Part shown: one piece after another, positions 16,143-26,588 of the stretch
Layout: every line of letters starts with the position of its first letter
Position numbering within the stretch: the first letter of the stretch is position 1
Origin: Bacteroidales bacterium
GTDB lineage: Bacteria > Bacteroidota > Bacteroidia > Bacteroidales > JAIOZK01
Assembly: GCA_021740625.1 (NCBI GenBank)
Contig: JAIOZK010000021.1
Location: 2,289 to 66,288, forward strand
Direction of reading: 5' to 3'
DNA length: 64,000 bases
The notes under the pieces: model-generated
Seen by the model: the letters and a program-made list of their open reading frames with translations, nothing else
What the model was told of the DNA's origin: nothing
The model's database searches: none
Translations under genes and position numbers: made by a program

Positions 16143-16185
16143 GAAGGGATATTCTGGTTTGTAGCATTTTGCGGACAGGCCTGAG

Positions 16186-16193
16186 CAAATATA
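16186..16193 (-). promoter_or_regulatory. Candidate -7 box TATATTTG for the SUKH/E2/JAB/E1 operon
   Basis: The plus strand reads caaatata, which is TATATTTG on the minus strand, about 43 nt upstream of the ATG at 16142. An out-of-frame ATG at 16167 lies in between, so this call is uncertain. Confidence 0.3.
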
Positions 16194-16328
16194 CATGAAT
16201 CAGTGAAGACAATTTGAGCAGCAATATGACAACAAGCCTGGCCATATTTTTCAATAAAAAGGCAATCATATTTAGTAATTGATCATGTAAAATTATACAT
16301 TATCAGTAAGAGATCAAAAACAATGACT

Positions 16329-17114
16329 TTATTTATACTCGTTCTTTTTGGCTTTTTCCCAGTAAACATCCATTTCGGTCAGACTCATGTCTTTCAGGTT
16401 CTTTCCCAGTTTCTTGATTTCTTTTTCGAGATACTGAAATCGTTTGATGAATTTTTTATTGGTTCTTTCCAGGGCATCTTCCGGGTTAACATCGATAAAC
16501 CTGGCGTAATTCACGAGGGCAAACAGGAGGTCGCCCAGTTCATGTTCTATTTTTTCTTTGTCATGACCGTTGTTCACTTCAGCTTTTAGCTCATTCAATT
16601 CTTCAATCACTTTATCCCATACCTGGCTGGGGATTTCCCAGTCGAAACCAACACCTTTGGCTTTTTCCTGAATACGATAAGCTTTTACAAGTGGTGGCAG
16701 GGACACGGGCACCCCACCAAGCACCGATTTACGGCCTTCCTGAAGTTTGATTTTTTCCCAGTTATCTTTTACTTCTTTGGCATTGGCAACTTTTGTTTCT
16801 CCGTAGATATGAGGATGTCTTTTGACAAGCTTTTCGTTGATTCCCCGCAAAACATCTTCAATCTGAAAAGCCTGTTTTTCGGAAGCTATTTTTGTGTAGA
16901 ATACCAGATGCAACATCAGGTCGCCAAGTTCTTTCCTGATCCCGTCCATGTCCTGCTCAAGAATAGATTCGGAGAGTTCATAAGTTTCCTCTATGGTAAG
17001 ATGCCTTAAGCTTTCCAGGGTTTGTTTGCGGTCCCATGGGCATTTCTCCCGCAATTCATCCATGATGTCCAGCAATTTTTCAAATTGCCTTATCGCTTCC
17101 TTCCTGTCTTTCAT
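16329..17114 (-). CDS. mazG: Nucleoside triphosphate pyrophosphohydrolase MazG (tandem MazG domains)
   Basis: The N-terminus reads FEKLLDIMDELREKCPWDRKQTLESLRHLTIEETYEL. A second EExGD-type repeat (ELGDLLFALVNYARF) is present. Confidence 0.9.
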   Translation of the reverse strand: MKDRKEAIRQFEKLLDIMDELREKCPWDRKQTLESLRHLTIEETYELSESILEQDMDGIRKELGDLMLHLVFYTKIASEKQAFQIEDVLRGINEKLVKRHPHIYGETKVANAKEVKDNWEKIKLQEGRKSVLGGVPVSLPPLVKAYRIQEKAKGVGFDWEIPSQVWDKVIEELNELKAEVNNGHDKEKIEHELGDLLFALVNYARFIDVNPEDALERTNKKFIKRFQYLEKEIKKLGKNLKDMSLTEMDVYWEKAKKNEYK

Positions 17115-17115
17115 T

Positions 17116-20001
17116 TTATTGCTCTTTGTTTCTATCCGTATATAATTTTCCGATCAATTGGTCGGCCTTATATGGTTTTCTTAAATAGTCATCAATACCG
17201 GCCTGATAAAACCTTTCCTCATCTCCTTCCATGGCGTATGCTGTCACTGCCACAATCCGGGTAGGATCCTGACCTTTCTCTTTTTCCATTTGGCGTATAT
17301 TCCTGGTTGCCTCGATTCCGTCCATCACTGGCATTTGTATATCCATTAGTATAACATCATAATCATTTTTATCAAAATATTCTACACCTATCTTCCCGTT
17401 TTCAGCTACATCAATTTGATGCTTGTATTTTTTTAATATGGCGATCGCAAATTTCTGATTAAGCAAATTGTCTTCGACGAGTAAAATATTCAATGGTTTT
17501 TCATTCTCAGTTTCCATGTTATTCTTGCCTTTCTCTCTGTTTTCCTTTGTTTCTTCATTTGTGGGCTGTTTATGGTCTTTTTTGAATTTTACGGTAAACC
17601 AGAATTTTGAGCCTTTTCCTTCTTCACTCTCCAATCCAATCTCACCATTCATCAATTGTACAAAATGTTTGGAAATTGCCAGTCCAAGGCCTGATCCCCC
17701 GTATTTACGAGCAATGCTCTGGTCGGCCTGCGAAAAGGCCTGGAATAGTTTGTCTCTTTGTTCGACCGAGACACCAATCCCGGTGTCGATCACCTGGAAC
17801 TTTGCCAGCAGATTGTTTTCGTCCTCATCCAGGACTTCAGAATGTATGCTAATGATTCCGTTTTTTGTGAATTTAATGGCATTGTTGACCAGGTTGATCA
17901 GTATCTGTGTCAGCCGGTAGGGGTCTCCTAATATGTCATTGTTAAGTTTTTTGTCAATCCTGAAATCGATCTTATTGTTTGAATCCCTGGCTTTTACTTC
18001 AAGCAATGATACCACCTCCTCCATCACTTCTGTCAGGTTAATTTCAACTTCTTCAAGTTTTAATTGTCCGGATTCAATTTTGGCAAAGTCGAGGATATTA
18101 TTGATCAGGTTTAATAAATTATTACCTGAGATATTGATGATGTCGGTACATTCTTTTTGTTCTTTTGTAAGTTCTGTTTCTTCCAGGATACTGGTTACTC
18201 CGATGATGCTGGTGAGAGGTGTCCTGATTTCATGACTCAGACTGGCCAGGTACATGGATTTGGCATCCAGTGCTTTTTGCATTTCATCCCTGGCTTTCTT
18301 AAGTTCTCTTTCCATATTTAACCTTTCGGTTACGTTTCTGGCGATCATCAGAAAGGTTCCGTCCTCGATAGGGGTAATGCGCAGCTCCATGTCAAGCTTT
18401 CGCATGTTAACCCAATCGTTGTGCATGAATACCTGTACTTTATTTTCCTTTGATGCTCTGCTGATGCCCTGCAGGATTTTGTTGGCAAATTCTTCGGGCA
18501 GCTCTTTTTTTACATTGCTTCCAATCAGGGAATTGCCTGTCTTAATAATGTCTTTATCTTTCTTTGCATGATAATAGATGTAGTTGCCCTTTGCATCAAA
18601 AATGAACATCACGTCAGGAATTGCTTTCAGTATTGCATTGGTTTTGCGTTGGTTTTCCTGTAATTCAAGAAGTGTTCTTTCCTGCAATTCACGTTGCCTG
18701 ATTACTTCCTTGTTTTTCTCAAGCAGGGTTTTGTTAACTTTCTTTTTTTGCCGGTTGCTGTTAAAGATAATAAACAACAAAAGGATAATCAGCAGAATAA
18801 CAAACAATAATACTACAATCGTGTATGAGTACCTGAGTTGTTTCAGATTATTGCGATTTTGAATTTCTTCGATTTCCTGCTCCTTTTCATAGTTCATTTG
18901 AAGTTTTGCCAGCCGCTCTTTTGTTTCCATATTGTGCAGTGAATCGGAAATCTGCTGATATTTTTTGTAATACTGATAGGCATCTTTGTACAAACCTGAT
19001 ATGGCACAGTTTTCTGCCAGATTACGGTAAATATCAACAGCCAGGATTTTATATCCATTTTCTGTGGCGAGCCGGAGTGCTTTCTGATAATCAGCACGTG
19101 CTTTTTTGAATTCCTTTTTAATGTCTTCGATGAGAGCCATGTTGTTGTACAGAATAGCAATTTGGTAAAAATCATTGAGCTTTTGCGCTATTTCAACCGA
19201 TTGTTGATAATAATAAATGGCAGAATCATAATTTGCACGTTCATAATGAAACACGCCAAGATTATTCAAAATGAGGGTTATGTTGCGAAAGTTTTCTATA
19301 TCCCGGTAACCTTGAAGTGCTTCGAAGTAGGCTGTTCTTGCAGAATCAATATTACCCAATTCTTCATACACACTTCCCATGTTCATGTATGATGTGGCCA
19401 TCCCATTGGTGCTGCCTGTTTCCCTGAAATAGCCAAGTGCTCTTTTAAAATTTTTTAAGGCACTGCTCAAATTGCCGTTTAAATAGTACACATTGCCTAT
19501 CTTGATGAAGGTTCTTGCGTAAGAATTGATATCGGGCAGCTCCTCTCGAATATCCTGGCTCTGGTATAATACGGTGAGGGCTGAATCCAACTTCCCCGAT
19601 CTGGCGAAGGCTTCTCCTGTTTTATCAAGAATTTCTGCAAGTTTTTCCTGGTTGTCATCCGGAGGCAAATGCAGATATGCTTTCTTCAGCATCGCCAATG
19701 CTTCATCCAGCAAGCCCTTGTCCAGGGCCAGGGTACCTTTATTGTAACTGACCCTGGCAATCAAACTGTCAATATCAGTGTTAATGGCAATTTGAAGTGC
19801 TGTATCCATGTAAGTTTCCGATAATCCGGGATCAATATCATGAAAGGCTTCGGAGAGCAAAATGTAAGTGTTTACTCTTTCTGAGCTTTCTTGATTTTTC
19901 AGGGCATTCAACAGGCTGTCTGTTTTCTGGGCTGATGCCCAAAAAACAATCAAGCTGGCCGCGAAAAAGAAAAACAATTTTATCAGTCCAGGTTTTTTCA
20001 T
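17116..20001 (-). CDS. Hybrid sensor histidine kinase/response regulator with periplasmic TPR array
   Basis: In order, the protein has a signal peptide, multiple TPR repeats, a TM segment (IVVLLFVILLIILLLFIIF), a PAS-like region, the H-box SHEIRTPLTSIIG, HATPase N/G boxes and a C-terminal receiver (LLVEDNLLNQ...DVILMDIQMPVMDG). Confidence 0.9.
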   Translation of the reverse strand: MKKPGLIKLFFFFAASLIVFWASAQKTDSLLNALKNQESSERVNTYILLSEAFHDIDPGLSETYMDTALQIAINTDIDSLIARVSYNKGTLALDKGLLDEALAMLKKAYLHLPPDDNQEKLAEILDKTGEAFARSGKLDSALTVLYQSQDIREELPDINSYARTFIKIGNVYYLNGNLSSALKNFKRALGYFRETGSTNGMATSYMNMGSVYEELGNIDSARTAYFEALQGYRDIENFRNITLILNNLGVFHYERANYDSAIYYYQQSVEIAQKLNDFYQIAILYNNMALIEDIKKEFKKARADYQKALRLATENGYKILAVDIYRNLAENCAISGLYKDAYQYYKKYQQISDSLHNMETKERLAKLQMNYEKEQEIEEIQNRNNLKQLRYSYTIVVLLFVILLIILLLFIIFNSNRQKKKVNKTLLEKNKEVIRQRELQERTLLELQENQRKTNAILKAIPDVMFIFDAKGNYIYYHAKKDKDIIKTGNSLIGSNVKKELPEEFANKILQGISRASKENKVQVFMHNDWVNMRKLDMELRITPIEDGTFLMIARNVTERLNMERELKKARDEMQKALDAKSMYLASLSHEIRTPLTSIIGVTSILEETELTKEQKECTDIINISGNNLLNLINNILDFAKIESGQLKLEEVEINLTEVMEEVVSLLEVKARDSNNKIDFRIDKKLNNDILGDPYRLTQILINLVNNAIKFTKNGIISIHSEVLDEDENNLLAKFQVIDTGIGVSVEQRDKLFQAFSQADQSIARKYGGSGLGLAISKHFVQLMNGEIGLESEEGKGSKFWFTVKFKKDHKQPTNEETKENREKGKNNMETENEKPLNILLVEDNLLNQKFAIAILKKYKHQIDVAENGKIGVEYFDKNDYDVILMDIQMPVMDGIEATRNIRQMEKEKGQDPTRIVAVTAYAMEGDEERFYQAGIDDYLRKPYKADQLIGKLYTDRNKEQ

Positions 20002-20225
20002 TGCGAACTTTTGTTAATCAACCAAAGTCACTTTGGGAGAAAATGATTTGGTTTGAAATATTTTGATAGTTGCCTGACTCAAACAAATAAATACTTACCA
20101 CCAGAACAAAATTACGATTTTCTATTAAAGAAAGTAAATTGCATTTACCAGGCTGCCGGAATCAGGGATTAATGAATCCATGCTGCATCAGGAGTTTTTA
20201 TAGTTTTGTGGAGAATTATTTGCTG

Positions 20226-21383
20226 ATGAATCCTGTGCGTTTAAATATCATTTCGAAAGCATTATTGACAGGTGTCTTGCTTTTAATTTGCATGAATGAT
20301 TCCCTGGCCCAGGAAAAATTCAAGCTGATTCAATCAAACCTGATCCTGGAAACAAAGGCTCACTATGGATTTTTGATACCCCATCACCGGGAAATGGATA
20401 TTTTGAATTCACATATGAGCTGCTGGGAGTTTACGATATCCAAGGCTACCTATGGGGGAACCCGGTGGGAATATATGTACGATTATCCGGTTATCGGGCT
20501 TGCACTTTGGTATTCCGACCTGGGCAAAAGTCCATACCTGGGCAGCGGTACAGCTTTCTATCCTTATATTAATTTTCCATTGATCAGGAACCGGCAAACT
20601 ACACTTTCATTCCGTTTGGGTGTTGGTCTGGGTTATATCAGCAAGCCTTTCGACAGAATTGAGAATTATAAAAACATTGCCATTGGCTCGCATCTGAATG
20701 CTGCTGTTAACCTAATGTTTGAATACAGTTTGCGCATGGGTGAGCGATTTATTGTTTCAGGTGGTATGGCTTTGACTCATTTTTCGAATGGATCGATGAA
20801 AACACCAAATTTTGGAATTAATATTCCAAGTATCAGTGCCGGCTTTGCTTACCGCCTGAGCAGGGAGAATCCCTACCAGCGAAAAAAACTGATGCCCGAG
20901 CTCTATCCTTTCGAATTTGACGGAAAACGGTTTTTTAATATCAATCTTTCGCTTGGTTTTGGTTTTAAGAATATGGAAGCCGAATTTGGAAAAAGATATT
21001 TCGCCACTACTTTTTTTGCCAATGTTTTCAAAAGAATAACATATAAGAGCAGTATTGGTTTGGGTTTTGACCTGTCGTATGATGAATCAGACAAAGTAAT
21101 CCTGGAGAAAAAGAACATTCCCTTTCAAAATGAATTACAGATCATCCGACCCGGGATGAACATAGCATATGAAATGATTATGTCGCGCTTTTCAATTGTT
21201 GCCAACCTGGGCATCTACCTGGGTGGAAAAGAAAAAAGCGACGGAGATATTTACGAAAAACTTGCTTTTAAATATCATATATCCAGATTGGTTTTTACCA
21301 ATGTTACGTTAAAAGCTCATGCTGCAAGAGCTGATTATATTGCATTCGGGATTGGATACAGGATAAATGTAATGTATTACTAA
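20226..21383 (+). CDS. Acyloxyacyl hydrolase / PagL-like lipid A deacylase family outer-membrane protein
   Basis: The start is moved to MNPVRLNII, which begins a signal peptide. The protein has beta-barrel-like alternating segments and an LTHFSNGSMKTPNFGIN motif typical of this family. Confidence 0.65.
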   Translation: MNPVRLNIISKALLTGVLLLICMNDSLAQEKFKLIQSNLILETKAHYGFLIPHHREMDILNSHMSCWEFTISKATYGGTRWEYMYDYPVIGLALWYSDLGKSPYLGSGTAFYPYINFPLIRNRQTTLSFRLGVGLGYISKPFDRIENYKNIAIGSHLNAAVNLMFEYSLRMGERFIVSGGMALTHFSNGSMKTPNFGINIPSISAGFAYRLSRENPYQRKKLMPELYPFEFDGKRFFNINLSLGFGFKNMEAEFGKRYFATTFFANVFKRITYKSSIGLGFDLSYDESDKVILEKKNIPFQNELQIIRPGMNIAYEMIMSRFSIVANLGIYLGGKEKSDGDIYEKLAFKYHISRLVFTNVTLKAHAARADYIAFGIGYRINVMYY

Positions 21384-22130
21384 ATGAGAAAAGGATTATT
21401 GATCATATTATCGTTTATATTGATTTTTGCAGTAAGTGCCTGCAAAAAAATGGGGTTTGATAATTGTTTCCGCAATACTGGGGAGATCATTCTCCAGGAA
21501 AGGGAGGCGAATGAAATACATTATGTTTTACTTGAAAATAATGTAAATCTTGTCGTGAAGCAGGATACTGCGCCTTCGTTGCGTGTTGAGGCTGGTGAAA
21601 ATATCATTGATAAAGTCATCACCGAGGTAAATGGCTCTAATTTGTACATCAGAAATGAAAATAATTGCAATTGGATGCGGTCCTACGAAAATGAAATTAC
21701 GGTATATCTGGGTATTGGTAAACTGGACAGCCTGGATTACAGGGGCTCCGGGGATGTGTCGTCGCAAAACACAATTCGTAATGACTCCATTAATATCAGT
21801 GTTTGGGAGGGTTCAGGGACAATCGAAATGAGTCTGGATGTTGACAAATCGAGTTTGAATTTGCATTACGGAACTGTTGATATGCATTTTAAAGGAAAAA
21901 GCAATGTGACTTATATTTACGCGAGTAGTTACGGTCCTGTTTATTGCGAAAATCTGGATTCGAAATTCACTTATGTGAATAATCGGGGAACGAATGATTG
22001 TTATGTAAGGGCATCTGTTGCACTGGAGGTTACAATAGAGTACCTGGGGAATATTTATTATTACGGTACCCCGGCTATTGTAAAAGAGAATGTCACAGGT
22101 GAGGGAGAATTGATAAAGCTGGGTAATTAA
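21384..22130 (+). CDS. Lipoprotein with DUF2807 / head-GIN-like beta-helix domain
   Basis: The lipobox is FAVSAC. Repeated GSGDV and GSGTIE strands are present. The start directly abuts the preceding stop. Confidence 0.6.
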   Translation: MRKGLLIILSFILIFAVSACKKMGFDNCFRNTGEIILQEREANEIHYVLLENNVNLVVKQDTAPSLRVEAGENIIDKVITEVNGSNLYIRNENNCNWMRSYENEITVYLGIGKLDSLDYRGSGDVSSQNTIRNDSINISVWEGSGTIEMSLDVDKSSLNLHYGTVDMHFKGKSNVTYIYASSYGPVYCENLDSKFTYVNNRGTNDCYVRASVALEVTIEYLGNIYYYGTPAIVKENVTGEGELIKLGN

Positions 22131-22145
22131 AGTTAAAAGATTGAG

Positions 22146-23480
22146 ATGAAAAAGACTGGGTCTGCCATTGATTGGATAATCATTTGCCTTACAGGCATTG
22201 TGCTTGTCTGGGTGTCATCCAACTATAAATGGGGGGATGAACGCTGGTATGGTATCTTAAAAAGCGATGGACCGGGTTATTATGCGTATCTGCCGGCTGC
22301 GGTAATTTATCAGGATTTGAACTTTGGTTTTATTGACAGTCTGAGGAAGGAAAAGCCTGGTTTGCATGCGTTTGAGTATGAGTTTCGAAGATCGCACAAT
22401 GGCCAAAATGTAAACAAGTACTATGCTGGCACTGCTGTTTTACAGCTTCCCTTTTATATGGCAGGGCACTTGCTCAGCATAATCCTGGATCGTCCGCCAA
22501 ATGGTTATTCTGCCTTTTATCTGATTTTTGTGCATATGGCAACCCTGTTTTACGCTCTGCTCGGACTGTTATTTATACGCGCTTTTCTGAAGACCTGGGC
22601 AATCAAACATGGATTAATAGCCTTTGTATTGATTGCCATAGTTTTTGGGACCAACTTATTCCATTATATCGTTTCTGAACCTGCCATGTCGCATGTTTAT
22701 TCTTTTGTAGCTATATCTGCTTTTGTGTTTTTCATGCGCAGATATTTCATGGTGTACAAGATCAAGTATCTGTTTCTTTCTTCTGCCTTACTTGGAATTA
22801 TTGCACTAATCCGTCCTGTGAATTTATTGATATTGTTTTCGATTCCCTTCCTTTCGGGGGGCATCGGGCCCTTAATGAAAGGATTTGATTTGCTGGTAAA
22901 AAAGCCTGCACTAATACTTGGAAATCTGGTTGTTTTTTTAGCAATCATCAGCATACAGATGTTCATTTATAAGATCCAGTGCGGAGATTTTCTCGTCTAT
23001 ACCTATAAAGGGGAGGGATTTCAGTTTTTTGATCCGGACATGATCAATATTCTGTTCAGCTATAGAAAAGGTTTATTTATCTATACCCCATTGCTTTTCT
23101 TTTCTCTTGCAGGTTTTGTCAGGATATTCAAGGAAAGTAAATTTCAATTTTTTACTTTGATAGGTTTTCTGTTATTTACGGTTTATGTTCTTTCATCCTG
23201 GGAACAATGGTACTATGGGGGAAGTTTTTCAGGGCGTGTTTTTATTGAATATTATGTGTTTTTTGCCTTACTGCTTGCCTTATTGTTGCGATCGCTCAAA
23301 TCATGGATAAAAAACGCGGTAATTTTGCTTATTTGCTTGCTGATCCTGCTATGCCAGATCCAAACCTATCAATATCGTACTGCACAAATTCACTGGTCTG
23401 AAATGACGAAAGAAAAATACTGGGAAGTATTTCCGACCCCGGCTTATATCATGAATAAGTATAAAGATTACTCCGATTAA
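22146..23480 (+). CDS. Polytopic membrane protein (possibly a GT-C-type glycosyltransferase, unverified)
   Basis: There are more than 10 hydrophobic segments and an N-terminal loop [14 protein letters not shown]. The family assignment is not secure. Confidence 0.5.
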   Translation: MKKTGSAIDWIIICLTGIVLVWVSSNYKWGDERWYGILKSDGPGYYAYLPAAVIYQDLNFGFIDSLRKEKPGLHAFEYEFRRSHNGQNVNKYYAGTAVLQLPFYMAGHLLSIILDRPPNGYSAFYLIFVHMATLFYALLGLLFIRAFLKTWAIKHGLIAFVLIAIVFGTNLFHYIVSEPAMSHVYSFVAISAFVFFMRRYFMVYKIKYLFLSSALLGIIALIRPVNLLILFSIPFLSGGIGPLMKGFDLLVKKPALILGNLVVFLAIISIQMFIYKIQCGDFLVYTYKGEGFQFFDPDMINILFSYRKGLFIYTPLLFFSLAGFVRIFKESKFQFFTLIGFLLFTVYVLSSWEQWYYGGSFSGRVFIEYYVFFALLLALLLRSLKSWIKNAVILLICLLILLCQIQTYQYRTAQIHWSEMTKEKYWEVFPTPAYIMNKYKDYSD

Positions 23481-24949
23481 TAAGCTCTGGCAAAGACAAC
23501 CCTTTGATTAGAATCTTTGCCCGAAAAAACACATTGTCCCTTTTCTTTTGTATTATTCAGTGGAATTGTCCTGATGGTAGCTTTGGTTTCTTCTTTGATC
23601 TTTTGCTCGGTTTCTTCGGTACCATCCCAGTGGGCAAGGATAAATCCTCCTTTTTCGATTTGCTTTTTAAAGTCACTCCAGGTATCTACCTTGAATGTGT
23701 TTTCTTCGCGGAAGGCAAGGGCTTTCTCATAAAGATTTGATTGTATGGCATCAAGCAGATTAGCCACTTTTATATCTATATCTGTAATGTTCAGGATTTC
23801 TTTTTCAAGTGTGTCTCTCCGGGCCACTTCAATGGTCCCATTTTCGAGGTCACGAGGCCCGATTGCCAGCCGCACGGGAATACCTTTGAACTCATATTCA
23901 GCGAATTTCCATCCGGGTTTCTGTGTATCCCTGTCGTCGTACTTGACCGTTATGCCTCTTTTCTCGAGAGCTTCTTTTATCGGCAATATTTTTTTCGTGA
24001 TTTCTTCAAGTTGTTCATTTTTCTTATAGATTGGTACGATTGCCACCTGAATGGGTGCCAGTTTGGGAGGCAGTACCAGTCCTTTATCATCAGAGTGGGC
24101 CATGATCAGGGCACCCATTAAGCGTGTTGATACCCCCCACGAAGTAGCCCAAACATACTCAAGTTTATTTTCTTTGCTGAGAAATTTAACATCAAATGCC
24201 CTGGCAAAATTTTGCCCCAAAAAATGAGAAGTCCCTGCCTGGAGAGCTTTTCCATCCTGCATCAAAGCTTCAATGCAATATGTTTCAACAGCCCCTGCAA
24301 ACCGCTCATTGGGTGATTTTAATCCTTTCAGTACCGGTAAGGCCATCCATTTTTCGGCAAATTCTTCATACACATGCAGGATCTTTTCTGTTTCTTCGAT
24401 GGCTTCTTCTTTTGTTGCATGGGCAGTATGACCTTCCTGCCATAAAAACTCTGCAGTTCTCAGGAATAATCTTGTCCTCATTTCCCACCTTACAACATTT
24501 GCCCATTGATTAATCAACAGAGGCAGGTCACGGTAAGATTGTATCCAGTCTTTGTATGTATTCCAGATAATCGTTTCAGATGTGGGCCTTACGATCAGCT
24601 CTTCTTCTAACTTTGCATCATCGTCGACGATTATATCTTTACCATCTTTTGAGTTTTTCAATCTGTAATGGGTGACTACAGCACATTCTTTGGCAAAACC
24701 TTCGACATGAGCAGCTTCCCTGTTAAAAAAGGACTTCGGGATGAATAAAGGAAAATACGCATTTTGATGTCCTGTATCCTTGAACATTTTATCAAGGTTT
24801 GCCTGCATTCTTTCCCAAATTGCATATCCATAAGGTTTAATGACCATGCAGCCTCGTACTGCACTGTTCTCCGCCATATCTGCCCTGATAACCAGCTCAT
24901 TATACCATTGGGAATAATTCTCTTTTCTGCTTGTGAAATTTTTTGCCAT
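23477..24949 (-). CDS. proS: Proline--tRNA ligase (archaeal/eukaryote-like type)
   Basis: The N-terminus reads [42 protein letters not shown]. Class II motifs and the C-terminal ...VVFARAY are present. Confidence 0.92.
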   Translation of the reverse strand: MAKNFTSRKENYSQWYNELVIRADMAENSAVRGCMVIKPYGYAIWERMQANLDKMFKDTGHQNAYFPLFIPKSFFNREAAHVEGFAKECAVVTHYRLKNSKDGKDIIVDDDAKLEEELIVRPTSETIIWNTYKDWIQSYRDLPLLINQWANVVRWEMRTRLFLRTAEFLWQEGHTAHATKEEAIEETEKILHVYEEFAEKWMALPVLKGLKSPNERFAGAVETYCIEALMQDGKALQAGTSHFLGQNFARAFDVKFLSKENKLEYVWATSWGVSTRLMGALIMAHSDDKGLVLPPKLAPIQVAIVPIYKKNEQLEEITKKILPIKEALEKRGITVKYDDRDTQKPGWKFAEYEFKGIPVRLAIGPRDLENGTIEVARRDTLEKEILNITDIDIKVANLLDAIQSNLYEKALAFREENTFKVDTWSDFKKQIEKGGFILAHWDGTEETEQKIKEETKATIRTIPLNNTKEKGQCVFSGKDSNQRVVFARAY

Positions 24950-25058
24950 CTTTTTTTGGTATAGATTTTGCTTTTTTTGGATGAATTCAGACGCAAAAGT
25001 AAGAAACTTGAAGGAAATTAAAAATATATATAATTTTACAGCAAAGGAGGAAAATAAA

Positions 25059-26558
25059 ATGAAAACTTTAACAACCCTATTGATCGGAATGACATTCTTC
25101 CTCGTATCATGTTCTACAACTTATGAAGCATCAACTCCTTACGATGATGTTTATTATGCTGTAGATGTTAAGAAGGGAAAAAAGAAAGCAGACAATCCTG
25201 GTAATACGAACACTTATCGTTCAGGAACAGTTACAACAACTGAAGAATATCAATATACCGAAGAAGTCGGTGAAGCCGAAACTGAATATATAGATGAAAG
25301 GGACTATTCGGATTATGAACCTGCCGAACAGGAATCAGAATCTGAATACTATGAAGAAGAGGTTGTAATGGATGATTATTACGATTATTCATATACTTCC
25401 AGGATCAGAAGGTTTCATAACCCTCATGTTGGATTCTCATATTATGACCCTTATTATACAAATTTGTACTATTACGACTATGATCCCTGGCATTGGGGTT
25501 CAAGCATATATTTAGGCTATAACTGGTGGTATCCCCGTTCATACTATTATGGTCCTTCGTTCAGTTTTGGATTTAACTGGGGATGGGGTAGTTTTTATTA
25601 TGGATTCCCACACTCTTATGGATGGGGTTATCCTTACTATCGCAGCTACTGGGGTGGCGGTTACTGGAACGGCTACTGGAATGGCTACTGGGATGGCTAT
25701 TATGCCGGAACCTATCCATATTACTATAACAGTTATGATTGGAATTCCGGATACTACAGAGGCCACAGACCATCAAGGGGAGGACCCACAAACGGTTATT
25801 ATGCAAATAATGCAAGAGGTACAAGAACCTTTGGTGATATGTATGAGGAAAAATATTCGGCCAGTAGAGCTGCAAGAGAATTCAAAGGCGATCAGGGTAA
25901 AAGAACTACACGAAGCATTCAATCCTCAGGCAGATTATCGGAAGCTAAAAGAGATGTCAGAAGCAGTAAAAGCATCAGACCATCCAAAGACACGGATGTA
26001 ACCAGAACGGCCAGAAGAGTAGATGCAGATAATAGGTCGCGGAAAAGTAATGTTCCTGTGAATACTCGCACCCGTGAGCAAAAGGCACAGGAAAGATACA
26101 GCGCTAAGGATACATACCGGTATACAAAACCAAACAGGTCTTCTGCAAAACCAGAAAAGGTTTACAGGAAACCGCAGACATACCGGACACCTGACTCAAG
26201 AAAAGCACGTTCCAGTCAGGAATACAAAACACCTAAGCCTGTGAACAGGAAGATTGACAGTCGGCCTTCCAGCCGGAATTATACAAATCCGAGCAGGAGC
26301 AGTTCCAGCAGATACTCCCAGCCCAGCAGGTCAAGCAGGAGTTATTCAACACCCAAAAGATCTTCTAACAGGAGTTATTCATCTCCCAGCAGGTCTTCAA
26401 GCCGGAGCTATTCTTCGCCTAGTAGATCTTCAAGCAGAAGTTACTCGAGTCCCTCAAGATCGAGTAGCAGAAGTTATTCTGCTCCCTCAAGGTCGAGTGG
26501 AAGTTCAAGGTCTTCGGGAAGCAGTTCTTCATCCAGATCGGGCCGTGGAAGAAGATAA
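25059..26558 (+). CDS. Lipoprotein with acidic region, Tyr/Trp/Gly-rich YXWGXW-like region and Ser/Arg-rich tandem-repeat tail
   Basis: The start is moved to [19 protein letters not shown], which carries a lipobox. The central segment reads [15 protein letters not shown]. The C-terminus carries [11 protein letters not shown] three times plus a variant copy. Confidence 0.7.
   Translation: MKTLTTLLIGMTFFLVSCSTTYEASTPYDDVYYAVDVKKGKKKADNPGNTNTYRSGTVTTTEEYQYTEEVGEAETEYIDERDYSDYEPAEQESESEYYEEEVVMDDYYDYSYTSRIRRFHNPHVGFSYYDPYYTNLYYYDYDPWHWGSSIYLGYNWWYPRSYYYGPSFSFGFNWGWGSFYYGFPHSYGWGYPYYRSYWGGGYWNGYWNGYWDGYYAGTYPYYYNSYDWNSGYYRGHRPSRGGPTNGYYANNARGTRTFGDMYEEKYSASRAAREFKGDQGKRTTRSIQSSGRLSEAKRDVRSSKSIRPSKDTDVTRTARRVDADNRSRKSNVPVNTRTREQKAQERYSAKDTYRYTKPNRSSAKPEKVYRKPQTYRTPDSRKARSSQEYKTPKPVNRKIDSRPSSRNYTNPSRSSSSRYSQPSRSSRSYSTPKRSSNRSYSSPSRSSSRSYSSPSRSSSRSYSSPSRSSSRSYSAPSRSSGSSRSSGSSSSSRSGRGRR
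26373..26504 (+). repeat. Four tandem 33-nt (11-aa) repeats encoding [11 protein letters not shown]
   Basis: The units are 26373-26405, 26406-26438, 26439-26471 and 26472-26504. Units 1-3 encode identical peptides but use different codons, including switches between the AGY and TCN Ser families. Confidence 0.85.
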
Positions 26559-26588
26559 GAAGCGTTTAACAGTTAAGAAGGAATTATC

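Noticed and set aside
11562-16196. Interpretation of the E1/E2/JAB cluster as type II CBASS or as a PRTRC/ICE cassette
   Set aside because: No CD-NTase or nucleotide-cyclase-like gene is present and there is no E2-E1 fusion (Cap2 architecture). There is no ParB-like gene and there are no conjugation or integrase genes in or next to the cluster.
16143-16196. Longer start (MYICSGLSAKCYKPEYPF...) for the SUKH gene
   Set aside because: A TATATTTG -7 box lies immediately after that ATG and the extension is Cys-rich and not domain-like. The shorter model from 16142 is preferred, though not proven.
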